Positions 26,809-36,086 of a stretch of DNA of 64,000 nucleotides are shown here, one piece after another. Within the stretch, counting starts at the first letter, position 1; every line of letters starts with the position of its first letter. The stretch comes from a virus. The stretch covers positions 2,322 to 66,321 of IMG/VR virus record IMGVR_UViG_3300045999_010503; one strand, written 5' to 3'. The notes beneath the pieces are model-generated. The model did not search any database. It saw only the letters and a program-made list of their open reading frames with translations, and was not told the DNA's origin. Position numbers and translations under genes: made by a program.

Positions 26809-29800
26809 TCCTCGTCGGGCAGGCGGTCCCGGATCTCGCGGAGTAGACCGTTGGCCGTCTCGATGCCCCGGGCGGACCGCTCCTGAGCGGCGAGAATGGG
26901 GTCGCGGCCCTGGAAGGTGCCGCCACCGCCGCCGATGGACGCGCGCGAGTCGGACACGATCCCCGGCATACGGCCGGCGGCCTGGGCCATGAGCGACGTG
27001 GCGAAGTCGGCATCCGCCTGGCCGGAGGTCATGCCGGCGGCCGCATACTCCTCGCGCATCTTGCGCAGGCGCTCCGCATCCTCGAGGGCCTGGGCGCCTC
27101 GGTTGTCGCCACGGGCCCGGGCATCGTCGATGGCGCGTTGCACCGCGGCGTCCTTGCGGAAGCTCTCCTGGTCGGCTTCGCGCTGGGCGGCGTTGAGCGC
27201 CTTCTGGGCGACGAGCGAGTCGGAAAGGGCCTGGTTCTTGTCCTCGATGGCGGCGGCGATCTGACGGTCGAGGTCGGCCTGTTGCTTCAGGAAACGCAGG
27301 CGCTCGACCTCGGCCTTGTTGCCGCTGGCAACCGCGGTGGCGATGTCCTGGTCGAACGCGGCGCTGGCCTCCAAGTCGGCCCGTTCACGCGCACGCAGGC
27401 GCGCGGAGAGCTCGGCATCCTGACGCGCGTCCTGGGCCTGCTGGCCCAGGTCATTCGCACCTTCCACCCGAGCTTGCGCGTTGGCGTAGTCGCGCTCGAG
27501 GCGGATGAGGTCCTCCCGGCTCGCGCCCTCCTTACGCGCGTCCTCAAGCCGCTGCTTGGCGGCGACACGCTCGTCCGTGGAGCGGAGGTTGATCTGGCGG
27601 ATCTCCTCGTCCCGCGCCGCCGCGCGGGCCTTCTCCTCCGCGTCAATGGCGGCAAGGTCAGCCTGCTGACGAGCCTTGAAGGCGGCCTTCTGGCGGGCAA
27701 TCTGGCGGGCAATCTCGGCGCCGCCCCTTCCCGCCCGGCCCCGACTGACGTTGGCCTTGAACGTCCGCCCGCGCACCGCGGCTCGACGAGAGTCGAAGGT
27801 CGCCTGGTCGAAGCCCGCTTCGTTACGGAGTTGCTCACGGCGGGCCGCGTCGGGGCCGGCGCCGGCGCTGCGCGCGGCGTCCTTCGAGGCCTGGGCCACG
27901 GCGGCTCGCGCCTCCAGTTCGGCGGCGCGTTGCTCCTGCATCCGAACGCGCGCGTCCGGGTCGGTGGTGGCATTGAGCCGGCGCTGGTAATCGCGCTCCT
28001 CGGCATCGCGGCGCTCCGCCTGGTCCTGCCGGAGGTCCTCAATCTCCTTCGGGGTGAGCCCAAGCTGGGACCTGTCTCGAGTGGCTTCGCTCGTGAGCTC
28101 CTTCCGCAAATCCCGGAGATAAGTCACGGTCTCCTCGTTCCGCCCAATCTGCTCCGCCGACTTGTCCTCACCTGCGGCGACCTCGGCGTTGAACTTCGCG
28201 ATGGCCTCGGCCGTCTCCAGGTATTCGGCGCGGAGCTTCTGCATACGGGCCTGCCAGTCGTCGAGGTTCTTCACTCCATCGCGGCCCTTCTCGAGCTCCT
28301 TGCGCATGGCGGCGATGTTGGCGGCCGTCTGCGCGGCGACCCGGGCAGTCTCACGGGCGGCGGCAGTCCAACGGTAATAGGCCATCGCGGCAAGGGTGAG
28401 CGCCCCGATCAGGGCGGTCCACGGGTTGGTGAAGAGGGCGACGGTGGCGGCCTTGAGCTGACCGAGCACGAAGCCCAGGGCGACGCGGACCAAGCCGAGG
28501 CCCTTGGCGGCGACGACCGTGCTGACGCCGAGCGCGTAGTTGGCCACGGCGGCGAGGCCGGTCGCACCCGCGGCGGCCTTCATGCCGGCGGCGTGCAGGA
28601 TCGACATGGTGGCGAGCAGGCCGTTCTTCGCCGCAGCGAGCCCGGCGCTGGCGGCCTCGAGAAACTGGAGACGGGTCAGGCTGGCAGTAACCGCCGAGAG
28701 CGACGCTTTGGCTTTGGTGAGCTGCTCGACCGCGGTCGCCGACTTGCTCGCGGCCGAGGCGGCGCCGAGCGTGGAGAGGAGGAACCCCTTCATCTCGGTG
28801 ATGCCCTTGACGAAGCTGATCGCGGTCATCGCGGAGAGCACGGCGAGTGTGATCTTCACCGCCTCCCAGACGCCAAGCAGGGCCTTCTGCATACCCGGGA
28901 GGGCGAGAGTGTTCTCGACGATGCCGGTCTTGAAGTCGTGGACGAGCCCGCTGACGGCCGCCATGTCGCGACCGACCTGGGCGAGCACGGGGATCAGGTT
29001 GCGCGTGGCCTCGGTCATCACACGGATCGAGTTGGACTGGGCCTCGGTGAAGGGGGCGGCGAAGCCCTGCTCCATGAGGCGGCGGGACTCCTCGAGCTTC
29101 GCGTTCAGCGACTCCAAGGTCTCCATCTCCTTCTTCATGCCGCCCTCGGTGCGGGCGAGGACCTTCTCGACCTCCGCCCACTTGTCGGAGAAGGACGCTC
29201 CGGTCAGTTCGAGATGTTGCAGCTTTTCCGCCAGCTCGTCGGTGACGACGCCCGTGCCCTGAAACTGGAAGAGCACGCGGTCGATGGAGCGCCCCCGCGC
29301 GAGCGCGTCGTAGAGCCGGCCGACGACGTGGGCCATGTCTTGGACCTGGTTGCCCGTGGCCGCAGCGGCGTCGCCGATCATCTCCATCGCCCGGGCACCG
29401 GCGAAGGCGCCTTTCGTGAGCCGGAGCAGTTGCAGGTTGGCGTCGGCGACGGCGTCGAACTTGAAAGGGGAGTTCGCGGTGAAGGCGTAGAGCTCCTGGA
29501 TGCGCTTCTTCGCCAGCTCGGCGCTGCGGAGCAGGGTCTCGAACTTGCCCTCAATGCCCTGGAGCTGGCTGATCGACTTGAGGCCGCGCTCCAGGATGCC
29601 CGACTCCCGGACGATCTTCCGCATCGTGAGTAGGATGCCCGCGAGGCCACCGGCGAAAAGGGCGGTCGGCCCCAGGAGCTTCTCCATGAAGGCGTCTTTC
29701 AGGACGTTGGCGGCGACCTGCATCTTGGACGCGCCTGCGGCAAGGTCGGCGGCCGGGCCGGCGATGGTGGCGGCCCCGGCGACGAGCTGGGAGTTGAGCC

Positions 29801-29831
29801 GGCTGCGGCCAGTGGAAAGGTTGTTGTCCAT
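26805..29831 (-). CDS. Tape measure protein
   Basis: 1008 aa, Ala-rich; FETLLRSAELAKKRIQELYAFTANSPF..IGDAAAATG tape-measure motif. Confidence 0.9.
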   Translation of the reverse strand: MDNNLSTGRSRLNSQLVAGAATIAGPAADLAAGASKMQVAANVLKDAFMEKLLGPTALFAGGLAGILLTMRKIVRESGILERGLKSISQLQGIEGKFETLLRSAELAKKRIQELYAFTANSPFKFDAVADANLQLLRLTKGAFAGARAMEMIGDAAAATGNQVQDMAHVVGRLYDALARGRSIDRVLFQFQGTGVVTDELAEKLQHLELTGASFSDKWAEVEKVLARTEGGMKKEMETLESLNAKLEESRRLMEQGFAAPFTEAQSNSIRVMTEATRNLIPVLAQVGRDMAAVSGLVHDFKTGIVENTLALPGMQKALLGVWEAVKITLAVLSAMTAISFVKGITEMKGFLLSTLGAASAASKSATAVEQLTKAKASLSAVTASLTRLQFLEAASAGLAAAKNGLLATMSILHAAGMKAAAGATGLAAVANYALGVSTVVAAKGLGLVRVALGFVLGQLKAATVALFTNPWTALIGALTLAAMAYYRWTAAARETARVAAQTAANIAAMRKELEKGRDGVKNLDDWQARMQKLRAEYLETAEAIAKFNAEVAAGEDKSAEQIGRNEETVTYLRDLRKELTSEATRDRSQLGLTPKEIEDLRQDQAERRDAEERDYQRRLNATTDPDARVRMQEQRAAELEARAAVAQASKDAARSAGAGPDAARREQLRNEAGFDQATFDSRRAAVRGRTFKANVSRGRAGRGGAEIARQIARQKAAFKARQQADLAAIDAEEKARAAARDEEIRQINLRSTDERVAAKQRLEDARKEGASREDLIRLERDYANAQARVEGANDLGQQAQDARQDAELSARLRARERADLEASAAFDQDIATAVASGNKAEVERLRFLKQQADLDRQIAAAIEDKNQALSDSLVAQKALNAAQREADQESFRKDAAVQRAIDDARARGDNRGAQALEDAERLRKMREEYAAAGMTSGQADADFATSLMAQAAGRMPGIVSDSRASIGGGGGTFQGRDPILAAQERSARGIETANGLLREIRDRLPDED

Positions 29832-29832
29832 G

Positions 29833-30594
29833 TCAGAGTGGTTCGGCGGGCGGGGGCACGGGGCCTTGGTTGGTGAGACGATTGAGGTTGGCCGCGGCCT
29901 TGGCCCTCAGCTCGTCCCGGGCGAGGCGCTCGGCGGTCTCGGGCGTCATGCGCGGGCGGGTGCGGACCAACTCGTCGGCACGGGCCTTGATCGCGGCCTC
30001 CTGTTCCTTGCGGTGGGCCTCGGCGCGCTGCTCGTCCAGAGGCGTCCAGACGCGAAGGTCGCCACCCTTGATCCGGTTCAGGATCGCCGCGCGCCAACGG
30101 AGCTGCCCGAGGGGCATCGTCCAGACGGTCTCCGGCGACAGCTTGAACCCGTGCTCGATCATGCCGGCGAGCTCGAGGTTGTCGTCCAGGTCGCTGCCGG
30201 CGCGGTCGCAAGTGCCTTTGTGGTGGTTGGACCAGAAGCGCGGGCCAGTGGCGAAGTCCCGCATGTAGACCGCGAACTTGGCCGTCTCCATGCGAAGATC
30301 GTAGCGTTGGTAGCGCAGCGACCACGCGAGCCGGGCAAAGAGGCGGCGCGGGACGGCAAGATCGGGGCCGTAGTGGGCCGGGGTCCAGGGCGTGCTCGCG
30401 CACCGGACGGCGGCCCAGAGGTCGTGCAAAGTGGGCTCGCGGTGCCCGAGCAGGAACGGGGACTGGATGAGCTCGAGGTTGAACTGCGTCCAGAGCGAAA
30501 ACGGCAAGAGCCGTTCCCCAAGGACCGTGTGCGGTCGGTTGAGGAACGGCTCTACGAAACGCTCGTCGTGGACGAACTGAACGGCCTCGGTCAT
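29833..30594 (-). CDS. Tail assembly chaperone-like protein
   Basis: Between tail tube and TMP; VLGERLLPFSL, VWTMPLGQ. Confidence 0.65.
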   Translation of the reverse strand: MTEAVQFVHDERFVEPFLNRPHTVLGERLLPFSLWTQFNLELIQSPFLLGHREPTLHDLWAAVRCASTPWTPAHYGPDLAVPRRLFARLAWSLRYQRYDLRMETAKFAVYMRDFATGPRFWSNHHKGTCDRAGSDLDDNLELAGMIEHGFKLSPETVWTMPLGQLRWRAAILNRIKGGDLRVWTPLDEQRAEAHRKEQEAAIKARADELVRTRPRMTPETAERLARDELRAKAAANLNRLTNQGPVPPPAEPL

Positions 30595-30619
30595 GCCGAG
30601 GCGGAGGCGTCAACCCCTA

Positions 30620-31012
30620 TCAGGTGTAGGAGAGGCCCTCGTAGCCTTCGCAGTCCACCTTCACCATGAGCCAGTCCTCGTTGGAGGCGGTGACGGTGAC
30701 GGACATGACCTTGGCGTATTTGCCGCGGATGACCGCCACGGCGCCGGCCACGGGGAGGGTGGCGGTGGTGGTGGCGTAGCCCTCGATGGAGCCGGAATAC
30801 TTGAGGTTGCCGAAGGCGTGGGCGACGACATCGCCGTCCTCGTCCTTGGCGGTGATGTTGGTGTCGTAGCCGCCGGTGAAGTCGGCGGAGACGATGGTGG
30901 AGATGCCCGCGCAGAACGAGCCTTTGGCGGTGACGGCGGCCGCGGCGTCAGCCGCGGTGAGAACGCCGAACTCGAACTCCTTGCCCGTAGCGAAAACTTT
31001 GGAGATGGCCAT
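30620..31012 (-). CDS. Major tail tube protein
   Basis: Position; AKDEDGDV and SVTVTASNEDW motifs. Confidence 0.65.
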   Translation of the reverse strand: MAISKVFATGKEFEFGVLTAADAAAAVTAKGSFCAGISTIVSADFTGGYDTNITAKDEDGDVVAHAFGNLKYSGSIEGYATTTATLPVAGAVAVIRGKYAKVMSVTVTASNEDWLMVKVDCEGYEGLSYT

Positions 31013-31045
31013 AGTGCCATCCCAGGTCTGTCAACCATCCCGACG

Positions 31046-31477
31046 TCAGGATGCGCAGGCCGCCACGCGAAGGGGGACGACATCCATGACCTTCCGGTCG
31101 TTGGAATCCTCCTTGAGGGCGCCGAGGGACCAGGCGATGAGCTTGCAGCCAGTCAGGTAGTCGGGGGCGGGCTGCGGGGCGGCGGTGAGGGCCGTGAGGA
31201 CGCGGTCGCGCCAGTCCTGGCGGACCGCCTCGCCGTGGTCGTCCATGTCGGTCACGAGGCCGATGGCGACGGTGGCGTTGCCGTTGGGCGTGCCGCGCGT
31301 GACCTGGGTGAAGTCGGTGCAGAGCACGAAGGCGTGTAGGGGCCCGACCAATACGTCGCGGTCGCTGGCCGCGACGATGTCGATGCCGGCCGCGAGGGCG
31401 GGGTCGGCGAGGAGGAGCGCCACGAAGGCCCGCTCGATGGCGAGCTTCGGGTCGGTGGTGATGGCGGGGGAGGACAC
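31046..31477 (-). CDS. Tail terminator/completion protein
   Basis: Position and size. Confidence 0.55.
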   Translation of the reverse strand: MSSPAITTDPKLAIERAFVALLLADPALAAGIDIVAASDRDVLVGPLHAFVLCTDFTQVTRGTPNGNATVAIGLVTDMDDHGEAVRQDWRDRVLTALTAAPQPAPDYLTGCKLIAWSLGALKEDSNDRKVMDVVPLRVAACAS

Positions 31478-31480
31478 GGA

Positions 31481-31996
31481 CTAGAACTTCAACCCCTTCG
31501 CCCATTCCTTGGCCGTGTCGCGGCGGCGACGGGACATCTTGACGTAGGCGGCGATGTTGTTCCGGGACTCCGCGGCGCCGGTCAGCGCGGCCCGAACCGC
31601 CCCGGGCTTCGACGTGGCGTGGGGGAGATCGGGCATCAGCTCCTTGATTACGTCGGGGCGCTGGGTAGGTAGCCACTTGGCGACTTGGTCGCCCCGGGCG
31701 AACTCGAGGAGGGCCGCACGGTCGGCGGCGGAGAGCATCTTGGTCTTGCGGTAGTTCCGCAGCATGCCTGCGGTGGTGGCGCGGGCGTCGACCTTGTCGC
31801 CGGCGTAGTAGGCCTTCGCCTCGGACGCCGTGCGGGCGGCGGCGTGGCTCATGCCGGTCTTCTTCAGCGCCTCCACCGTGGGGGCGACGCGGATGTCCCC
31901 GGCCATCGTGCGGCGCATGGCGAACGGGTTCTGGTAGGAGGTCTTGAGCGGGCGCTTGGCCGAGTTCTGGAGGGCTTTTTGGACGTTCGGGTTCAT
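31481..31996 (-). CDS. Basic hypothetical virion protein
   Basis: Start MNPNVQKAL; Lys/Arg/Ala-rich. Confidence 0.6.
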   Translation of the reverse strand: MNPNVQKALQNSAKRPLKTSYQNPFAMRRTMAGDIRVAPTVEALKKTGMSHAAARTASEAKAYYAGDKVDARATTAGMLRNYRKTKMLSAADRAALLEFARGDQVAKWLPTQRPDVIKELMPDLPHATSKPGAVRAALTGAAESRNNIAAYVKMSRRRRDTAKEWAKGLKF

Positions 31997-32001
31997 AGTG
32001 G

Positions 32002-32352
32002 TCAGGTGGTGAGTGGGCCGAGCTGGAGCTCGACGGTGTGGCTGTCGTAGCCGGCGTCCGGGTCGTTCAGGACGCGGAAGGTGCCGCCGGGGATGGTGAT
32101 GTGGGCGCCCTTGGTCTTCTTGCCCTGGGCGACAAGGCGGGTCTTGGCGTCCTCCCATTGCGTGACGGAGAGGATGACGACGCCGGCGGCCTCTTGGCTG
32201 CGGCCGGCGCTCTGGCCGGGGCGGATGCCCTCGCGGAGGTCGAAGCCGTGGATGACGCAGGTGTAGGTCTGCCCGGCGATCGTGCAGGTGTCCCCGAAGA
32301 CCGTCTGGGCGGCCTCGTAGGCGCTGGCGAAGGACTGGGCGAACTCGCTCAT
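32002..32352 (-). CDS. Head-tail joining protein
   Basis: After MCP; FII-like beta pattern. Confidence 0.65.
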   Translation of the reverse strand: MSEFAQSFASAYEAAQTVFGDTCTIAGQTYTCVIHGFDLREGIRPGQSAGRSQEAAGVVILSVTQWEDAKTRLVAQGKKTKGAHITIPGGTFRVLNDPDAGYDSHTVELQLGPLTT

Positions 32353-32356
32353 GTAG

Positions 32357-32390
32357 CAGAAAGCCCCGAGTCAACCAGTGACTCGGGGCT
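32357..32390 (-). terminator. Intrinsic terminator after MCP
   Basis: 12-bp stem AGCCCCGAGTCA/TGACTCGGGGCT followed by TTCT. Confidence 0.7.
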
Positions 32391-32435
32391 CTCCATGCCT
32401 GCAAACCGGACCGCCCTGCCGGGGCGGCCAAGGGG

Positions 32436-33392
32436 TTACGCGAACTGCGTGGCGATCAGGGTGCCGCTGCGGGCCGAGACGATTTTCTCGTCGGTGTTCG
32501 AGCGGACGCGGATCACGTCGGAGCGGATCTGCTCGTTGCGGTAGGTCTCCGTGACGAAGAGCTCGCCGCCGGTGTCCCCGGTCCAGATCAGGGTGCGGCC
32601 CGCGCCGCCGGCGGCGAAGTCGCCGCCCTGGACGTTGCCGATCCAGATGTAGTCGGGGGTCCAGATGCGGCTGAGGGAGGCGGTCTGGCCGTCCTGGGCG
32701 GTGTCGACCACGGCGTCGCCGATGCGGATGTTCGGGATCTCGAACTTCTCGGCGAACATCTGCGGGGTGATCTGCTGGCTGCCGCCGAGTTGGCCGAAGA
32801 AGAACTTGGCGAGCCGGTCGGAACGGCGGATGCGGTTCCAGGACTGGCGGCCGATGACGATGGTGTTGCACTCCTCGCCGCGGGCGCGGATGCGGTCGGT
32901 CGCGGCGATGATGTCCGCCGGGGCGTCCATCGTGGCGAGGTTGGCCTCGGTGTAGGCCGTGGTGGAGTTCACCGAGTCGAACGTGGACGTGTTGAAGAGG
33001 ATCGCCTTGACGCGCTGCTCGTGGGCGAGACGAACGCGACGGAGCAGGAGCTTCGACGCCTGGGCCTCGATCGAGAAAGCGTGAGCGACGTCGGCGGCGA
33101 CGACGTCGTCGATCTTCTGCTCGATGCCGCGGTCGACGGTCAGGTAGCTGTCCTTCGCCCAGGTCCAGTCGACCTCGGGGTAGCTACCCTTCGGGCCGCG
33201 CTTGAGGTCGCCGCCAGACTTGAGGAGCTTGGTGGCGTCGACCGTGAGCTTGCGGTATTCACCCGAAGAACGGTCGACGGTGAAGGCCGGGAGCAGGTCG
33301 AGGCCGATGAAGTAGCGGTCCGCGGCGAGCGCCTCCTCCAGGACGGAGTTCAGCTCGGGGCGGATTTCGGCGGCGGTGTTTTGGTAAGCCAT
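32436..33392 (-). CDS. Major capsid protein (lambda gpE-like HK97 fold)
   Basis: 318 aa after the cement gene; followed by a terminator; strong codon bias. Confidence 0.85.
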   Translation of the reverse strand: MAYQNTAAEIRPELNSVLEEALAADRYFIGLDLLPAFTVDRSSGEYRKLTVDATKLLKSGGDLKRGPKGSYPEVDWTWAKDSYLTVDRGIEQKIDDVVAADVAHAFSIEAQASKLLLRRVRLAHEQRVKAILFNTSTFDSVNSTTAYTEANLATMDAPADIIAATDRIRARGEECNTIVIGRQSWNRIRRSDRLAKFFFGQLGGSQQITPQMFAEKFEIPNIRIGDAVVDTAQDGQTASLSRIWTPDYIWIGNVQGGDFAAGGAGRTLIWTGDTGGELFVTETYRNEQIRSDVIRVRSNTDEKIVSARSGTLIATQFA

Positions 33393-33432
33393 TGTGAGAG
33401 CGGGTCAGTTGTTGAGAGTTGTTATCCGGGCG

Positions 33433-33789
33433 TTAGGGGAGGAGGACCTCCACGATCGAGCCGGCGCCGGTGGCGGCCACGAGGGCGGTGCCGGCGATGA
33501 CGTTGCCGGAAGCGACGTCGTCGACCTGGCCGTTGGCCACGCCGTAGACGACGGCGTTGGCGGCGAAGGAGGTCGCGGCAGTCATGTAGCAGGTGCCGCC
33601 GGAGTTCTTCAGGCGGACGCTGACCGCGGCGTTGGCCTTGACCGGGGTCTCGGTGATGCCGATGTAGTCCTCGGTGGCACCCGCGATGGCGACCGCGGCC
33701 TCACCGCCGATGGCGGTGGTGAGCTTGACGCGGGTGTAGATCGGGATGTCGACCGAGGCGATGAAGGAGCGATTGTGAGAGTTGAACAT
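33433..33789 (-). CDS. Capsid cement/decoration protein (DUF2190-like)
   Basis: IGIT...VYGVANGQV...GTALVAATGAGSIVEVL. Confidence 0.8.
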   Translation of the reverse strand: MFNSHNRSFIASVDIPIYTRVKLTTAIGGEAAVAIAGATEDYIGITETPVKANAAVSVRLKNSGGTCYMTAATSFAANAVVYGVANGQVDDVASGNVIAGTALVAATGAGSIVEVLLP

Positions 33790-33822
33790 AGTCGTGGGCG
33801 CTTGAGGGTTGGCGGTGCGGGG

Positions 33823-35205
33823 TTAGCCCTTGATGCCGCCGGTGCGGACGCGGTAGTCGCGGTAGGCCTCGGGGGCGTCCTTGATGACGGCGGCGAAGGC
33901 GGTGGCTTTGGTAGCCTTGGGGTTGGACTCGAGGTGCTCGATGACGAGAGTCTCGAACTCGCCGTGCTCCTTGGTGCCGAAGTTCACGACGACGCCGGAC
34001 TTCGACTTGAAGCTGACGGTGCCGGCGCCGTGGGAGGCGGCCTTGCCGCCGGTCTTGAGCTGCTCCTGGAGCTGCTTGTTCTGCTCGACGAGGGCGTCGA
34101 ACTTGGTGGCGAGCTCGCCGATGAGCTCGTCCTGGAGGGCCTGCTCGCGCTCGGTCTTGGCGGCGCGGAGCTCGGCGGCGAACTCGGTGAGCTGCTTGGA
34201 GACTTCGGCGGACATGCCGGTGGCGGCGCCCGCAGTCGCGGCACCCGCGGTGGCGGTGGCGGCTTCACCCTCGCCTTCACCAGAGGCCTCGACTTCACCC
34301 ACCTCTTCAGACTCGTCGGACTCGCCCGATTGGGCTTCCGCGATGGCCTCGGCGACGTCTTCGGCGGTGAGGCCGTAGCCGGCGAGCTCTTCGTCGCTCA
34401 TGTTGGCGAGCTCCTCGAGGGAGGGGGGATTGGCGAGGAGACCTTGCTGGGCCTCGAGGGCGTCGATCTTCTCGGTGAGAGGCGCGACGGCCTCGGAGAG
34501 TAGACCCTTGATCTGTTCGAGTTGTTCGGGAGTGAAGGACATAGCGTTCGGAGTTGCGGTTTGGGTGCTGTCAACTTTCGCCGAGAACATTCCGTCAGGG
34601 TTCGCGGCAGGGAGGGTGACGTAATCAACGGAAAGGAGCTCGGAGCAGCGGGCGGCCTTCTTGCCGCTCTTGGTCTTCTCTTCCTTCTCGGGCGGGAGGA
34701 AGGAGGCGGAGAGGCCGACGCCGGCGGGCATGCGCTCGGCGACCTCGAGGATCGTGTCCTTCTGCGGGTGCGTCTTGAGGAGGTGCCAGTCGGCTTTGAG
34801 TTTGTTGCCGTCCAGGTGGAAGTTGGTGAGGAAGCCGCAAACGGCCTCGGCGCCGGACTTGTGATTGATCTTCACCGGCACCTGACGCTTGGACTCGGCG
34901 CAGGTCTTCACCTGGTCGAGCGTCTTGCCGTCGACCTCGAGGTCGTGGCCGCGGGCGACGAGGCCCGAGGTCATCACGCTCACGCCGCGGATGATCGCGT
35001 TGGTCGTGTCGACCTTGTCGGCGGTGAAATCCGAGTAGAACTCGACGGGCGAGATCTGGGCGGAGAACTGGGTGAGAGGGGCAGGGGCAAGGGTGGGGCT
35101 CGTCCAGATCTTGCGGAGGAGCTTCGGGGTCAGGGTGCCGCGAGCGGCAAAGCTGCCATCGGAGGAGCGGAGGCGGGGTTTAGTGACGACGGGCTTCGTA
35201 GGCAT
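33823..35205 (-). CDS. Prohead protease-scaffold fusion
   Basis: ARGH, INH, GLSASF, SVDYVTLPAANPDGMFS protease motifs; acidic coiled C-half with a likely internal ATG at 34543. Confidence 0.8.
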   Translation of the reverse strand: MPTKPVVTKPRLRSSDGSFAARGTLTPKLLRKIWTSPTLAPAPLTQFSAQISPVEFYSDFTADKVDTTNAIIRGVSVMTSGLVARGHDLEVDGKTLDQVKTCAESKRQVPVKINHKSGAEAVCGFLTNFHLDGNKLKADWHLLKTHPQKDTILEVAERMPAGVGLSASFLPPEKEEKTKSGKKAARCSELLSVDYVTLPAANPDGMFSAKVDSTQTATPNAMSFTPEQLEQIKGLLSEAVAPLTEKIDALEAQQGLLANPPSLEELANMSDEELAGYGLTAEDVAEAIAEAQSGESDESEEVGEVEASGEGEGEAATATAGAATAGAATGMSAEVSKQLTEFAAELRAAKTEREQALQDELIGELATKFDALVEQNKQLQEQLKTGGKAASHGAGTVSFKSKSGVVVNFGTKEHGEFETLVIEHLESNPKATKATAFAAVIKDAPEAYRDYRVRTGGIKG

Positions 35206-35213
35206 TTGCCAAG

Positions 35214-35251
35214 AAAAAGCCCGTCAACCCTTGGGAGGGCGGACGGGCTTT
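35214..35251 (-). terminator. Intrinsic terminator
   Basis: GCCCGTC/GACGGGC stem followed by TTTTTCTT. Confidence 0.7.
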
Positions 35252-35275
35252 CGGGACGGACCTCTCTGGTGGAGA

Positions 35276-35950
35276 TTACTGGAGGAGCAGCGGGGCCTTC
35301 GGGCGGAGGCGGTTGCGGAGGGCACCGGCGGCGCCCTTCACGTCGTTCACGGTCATGCCGGCGCCGCGCTTGATGTCGGAGGCGACCGAAGTGGCGGCGC
35401 CTTTGAGCCCGCCCATGCCGCCGTCGGCGTCGAGAACGCCGCGGACGCCGGTGCGGCCCCACTTGCCGCCGTTGCGGGCGAGACGACCGCGGGCGTAGAG
35501 GCCGCCGGCCGCGAGAGCGCCGACGCCAGCGACCTTGGCCGCGGTCTTCGCGCCGGAGTTCTCTTCGTCCTTACGCTGGGCGAAGCCGATTTCGTTGAGG
35601 CGGGAGTCGAAGTGAGCGTTCAGTTCGACGAGACGGGCGGTGGGGACGGTGTTCATGGAAAAGTTTTTGGATTCTTTGAGAGGCTGCTTGCGACGGATGA
35701 GGGTGCCCGCGGCCTCGCCGACCATCGCACCGCCGGCGGTGCCGAGCCCGGTGAGCGCGGCAACCCCGAGCGCGCCTCGGCGGCCCTTCGTGCCGTAGAT
35801 CTTCTTGGCGGTCAGGCCGGAGGAGAGGCCCGCGGTGGCGCCGATCGCGGCGCCGATCGAGCGACCGCGATCCTGGTAGGTGCCGCGGCGGATATGTTTG
35901 TCGTGCGACGCGCGGACGTCGTCGGTGTAGCGGGTGAGCGGGTGGGCCAT
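35276..35950 (-). CDS. Basic Gly/Ala-rich putative internal head protein
   Basis: Head module; glycine-zipper-like hydrophobic segments. Confidence 0.6.
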   Translation of the reverse strand: MAHPLTRYTDDVRASHDKHIRRGTYQDRGRSIGAAIGATAGLSSGLTAKKIYGTKGRRGALGVAALTGLGTAGGAMVGEAAGTLIRRKQPLKESKNFSMNTVPTARLVELNAHFDSRLNEIGFAQRKDEENSGAKTAAKVAGVGALAAGGLYARGRLARNGGKWGRTGVRGVLDADGGMGGLKGAATSVASDIKRGAGMTVNDVKGAAGALRNRLRPKAPLLLQ

Positions 35951-35951
35951 G

Positions 35952-36086
35952 TTAGGGTTTTGGATTTGTCAACCTCGCCTTGCGGCGGAGCGCGGCCTTG
36001 GCGACGAGGTGGCAGAAGGCCCAGCCGCCGACGACAATCGCGACGAGGGACCAGAAGAGGATGCCGGTGAGGGTGAAGAAGATCAT
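35952..36086 (-). CDS. Small membrane peptide
   Basis: MIFFTLTGILFWSLVAIVVGGWAF then a basic tail. Confidence 0.5.
   Translation of the reverse strand: MIFFTLTGILFWSLVAIVVGGWAFCHLVAKAALRRKARLTNPKP

Noticed and set aside
27138-29633. 831-aa + strand ORF
   Set aside because: Antisense shadow of the tape measure gene caused by high GC3; the same applies to 37423-39603, 12192-13715 and 9151-10395
29833-30594. Programmed tail-chaperone G/GT frameshift
   Set aside because: One continuous ORF fills the gap between tail tube and TMP; no slippery site identified
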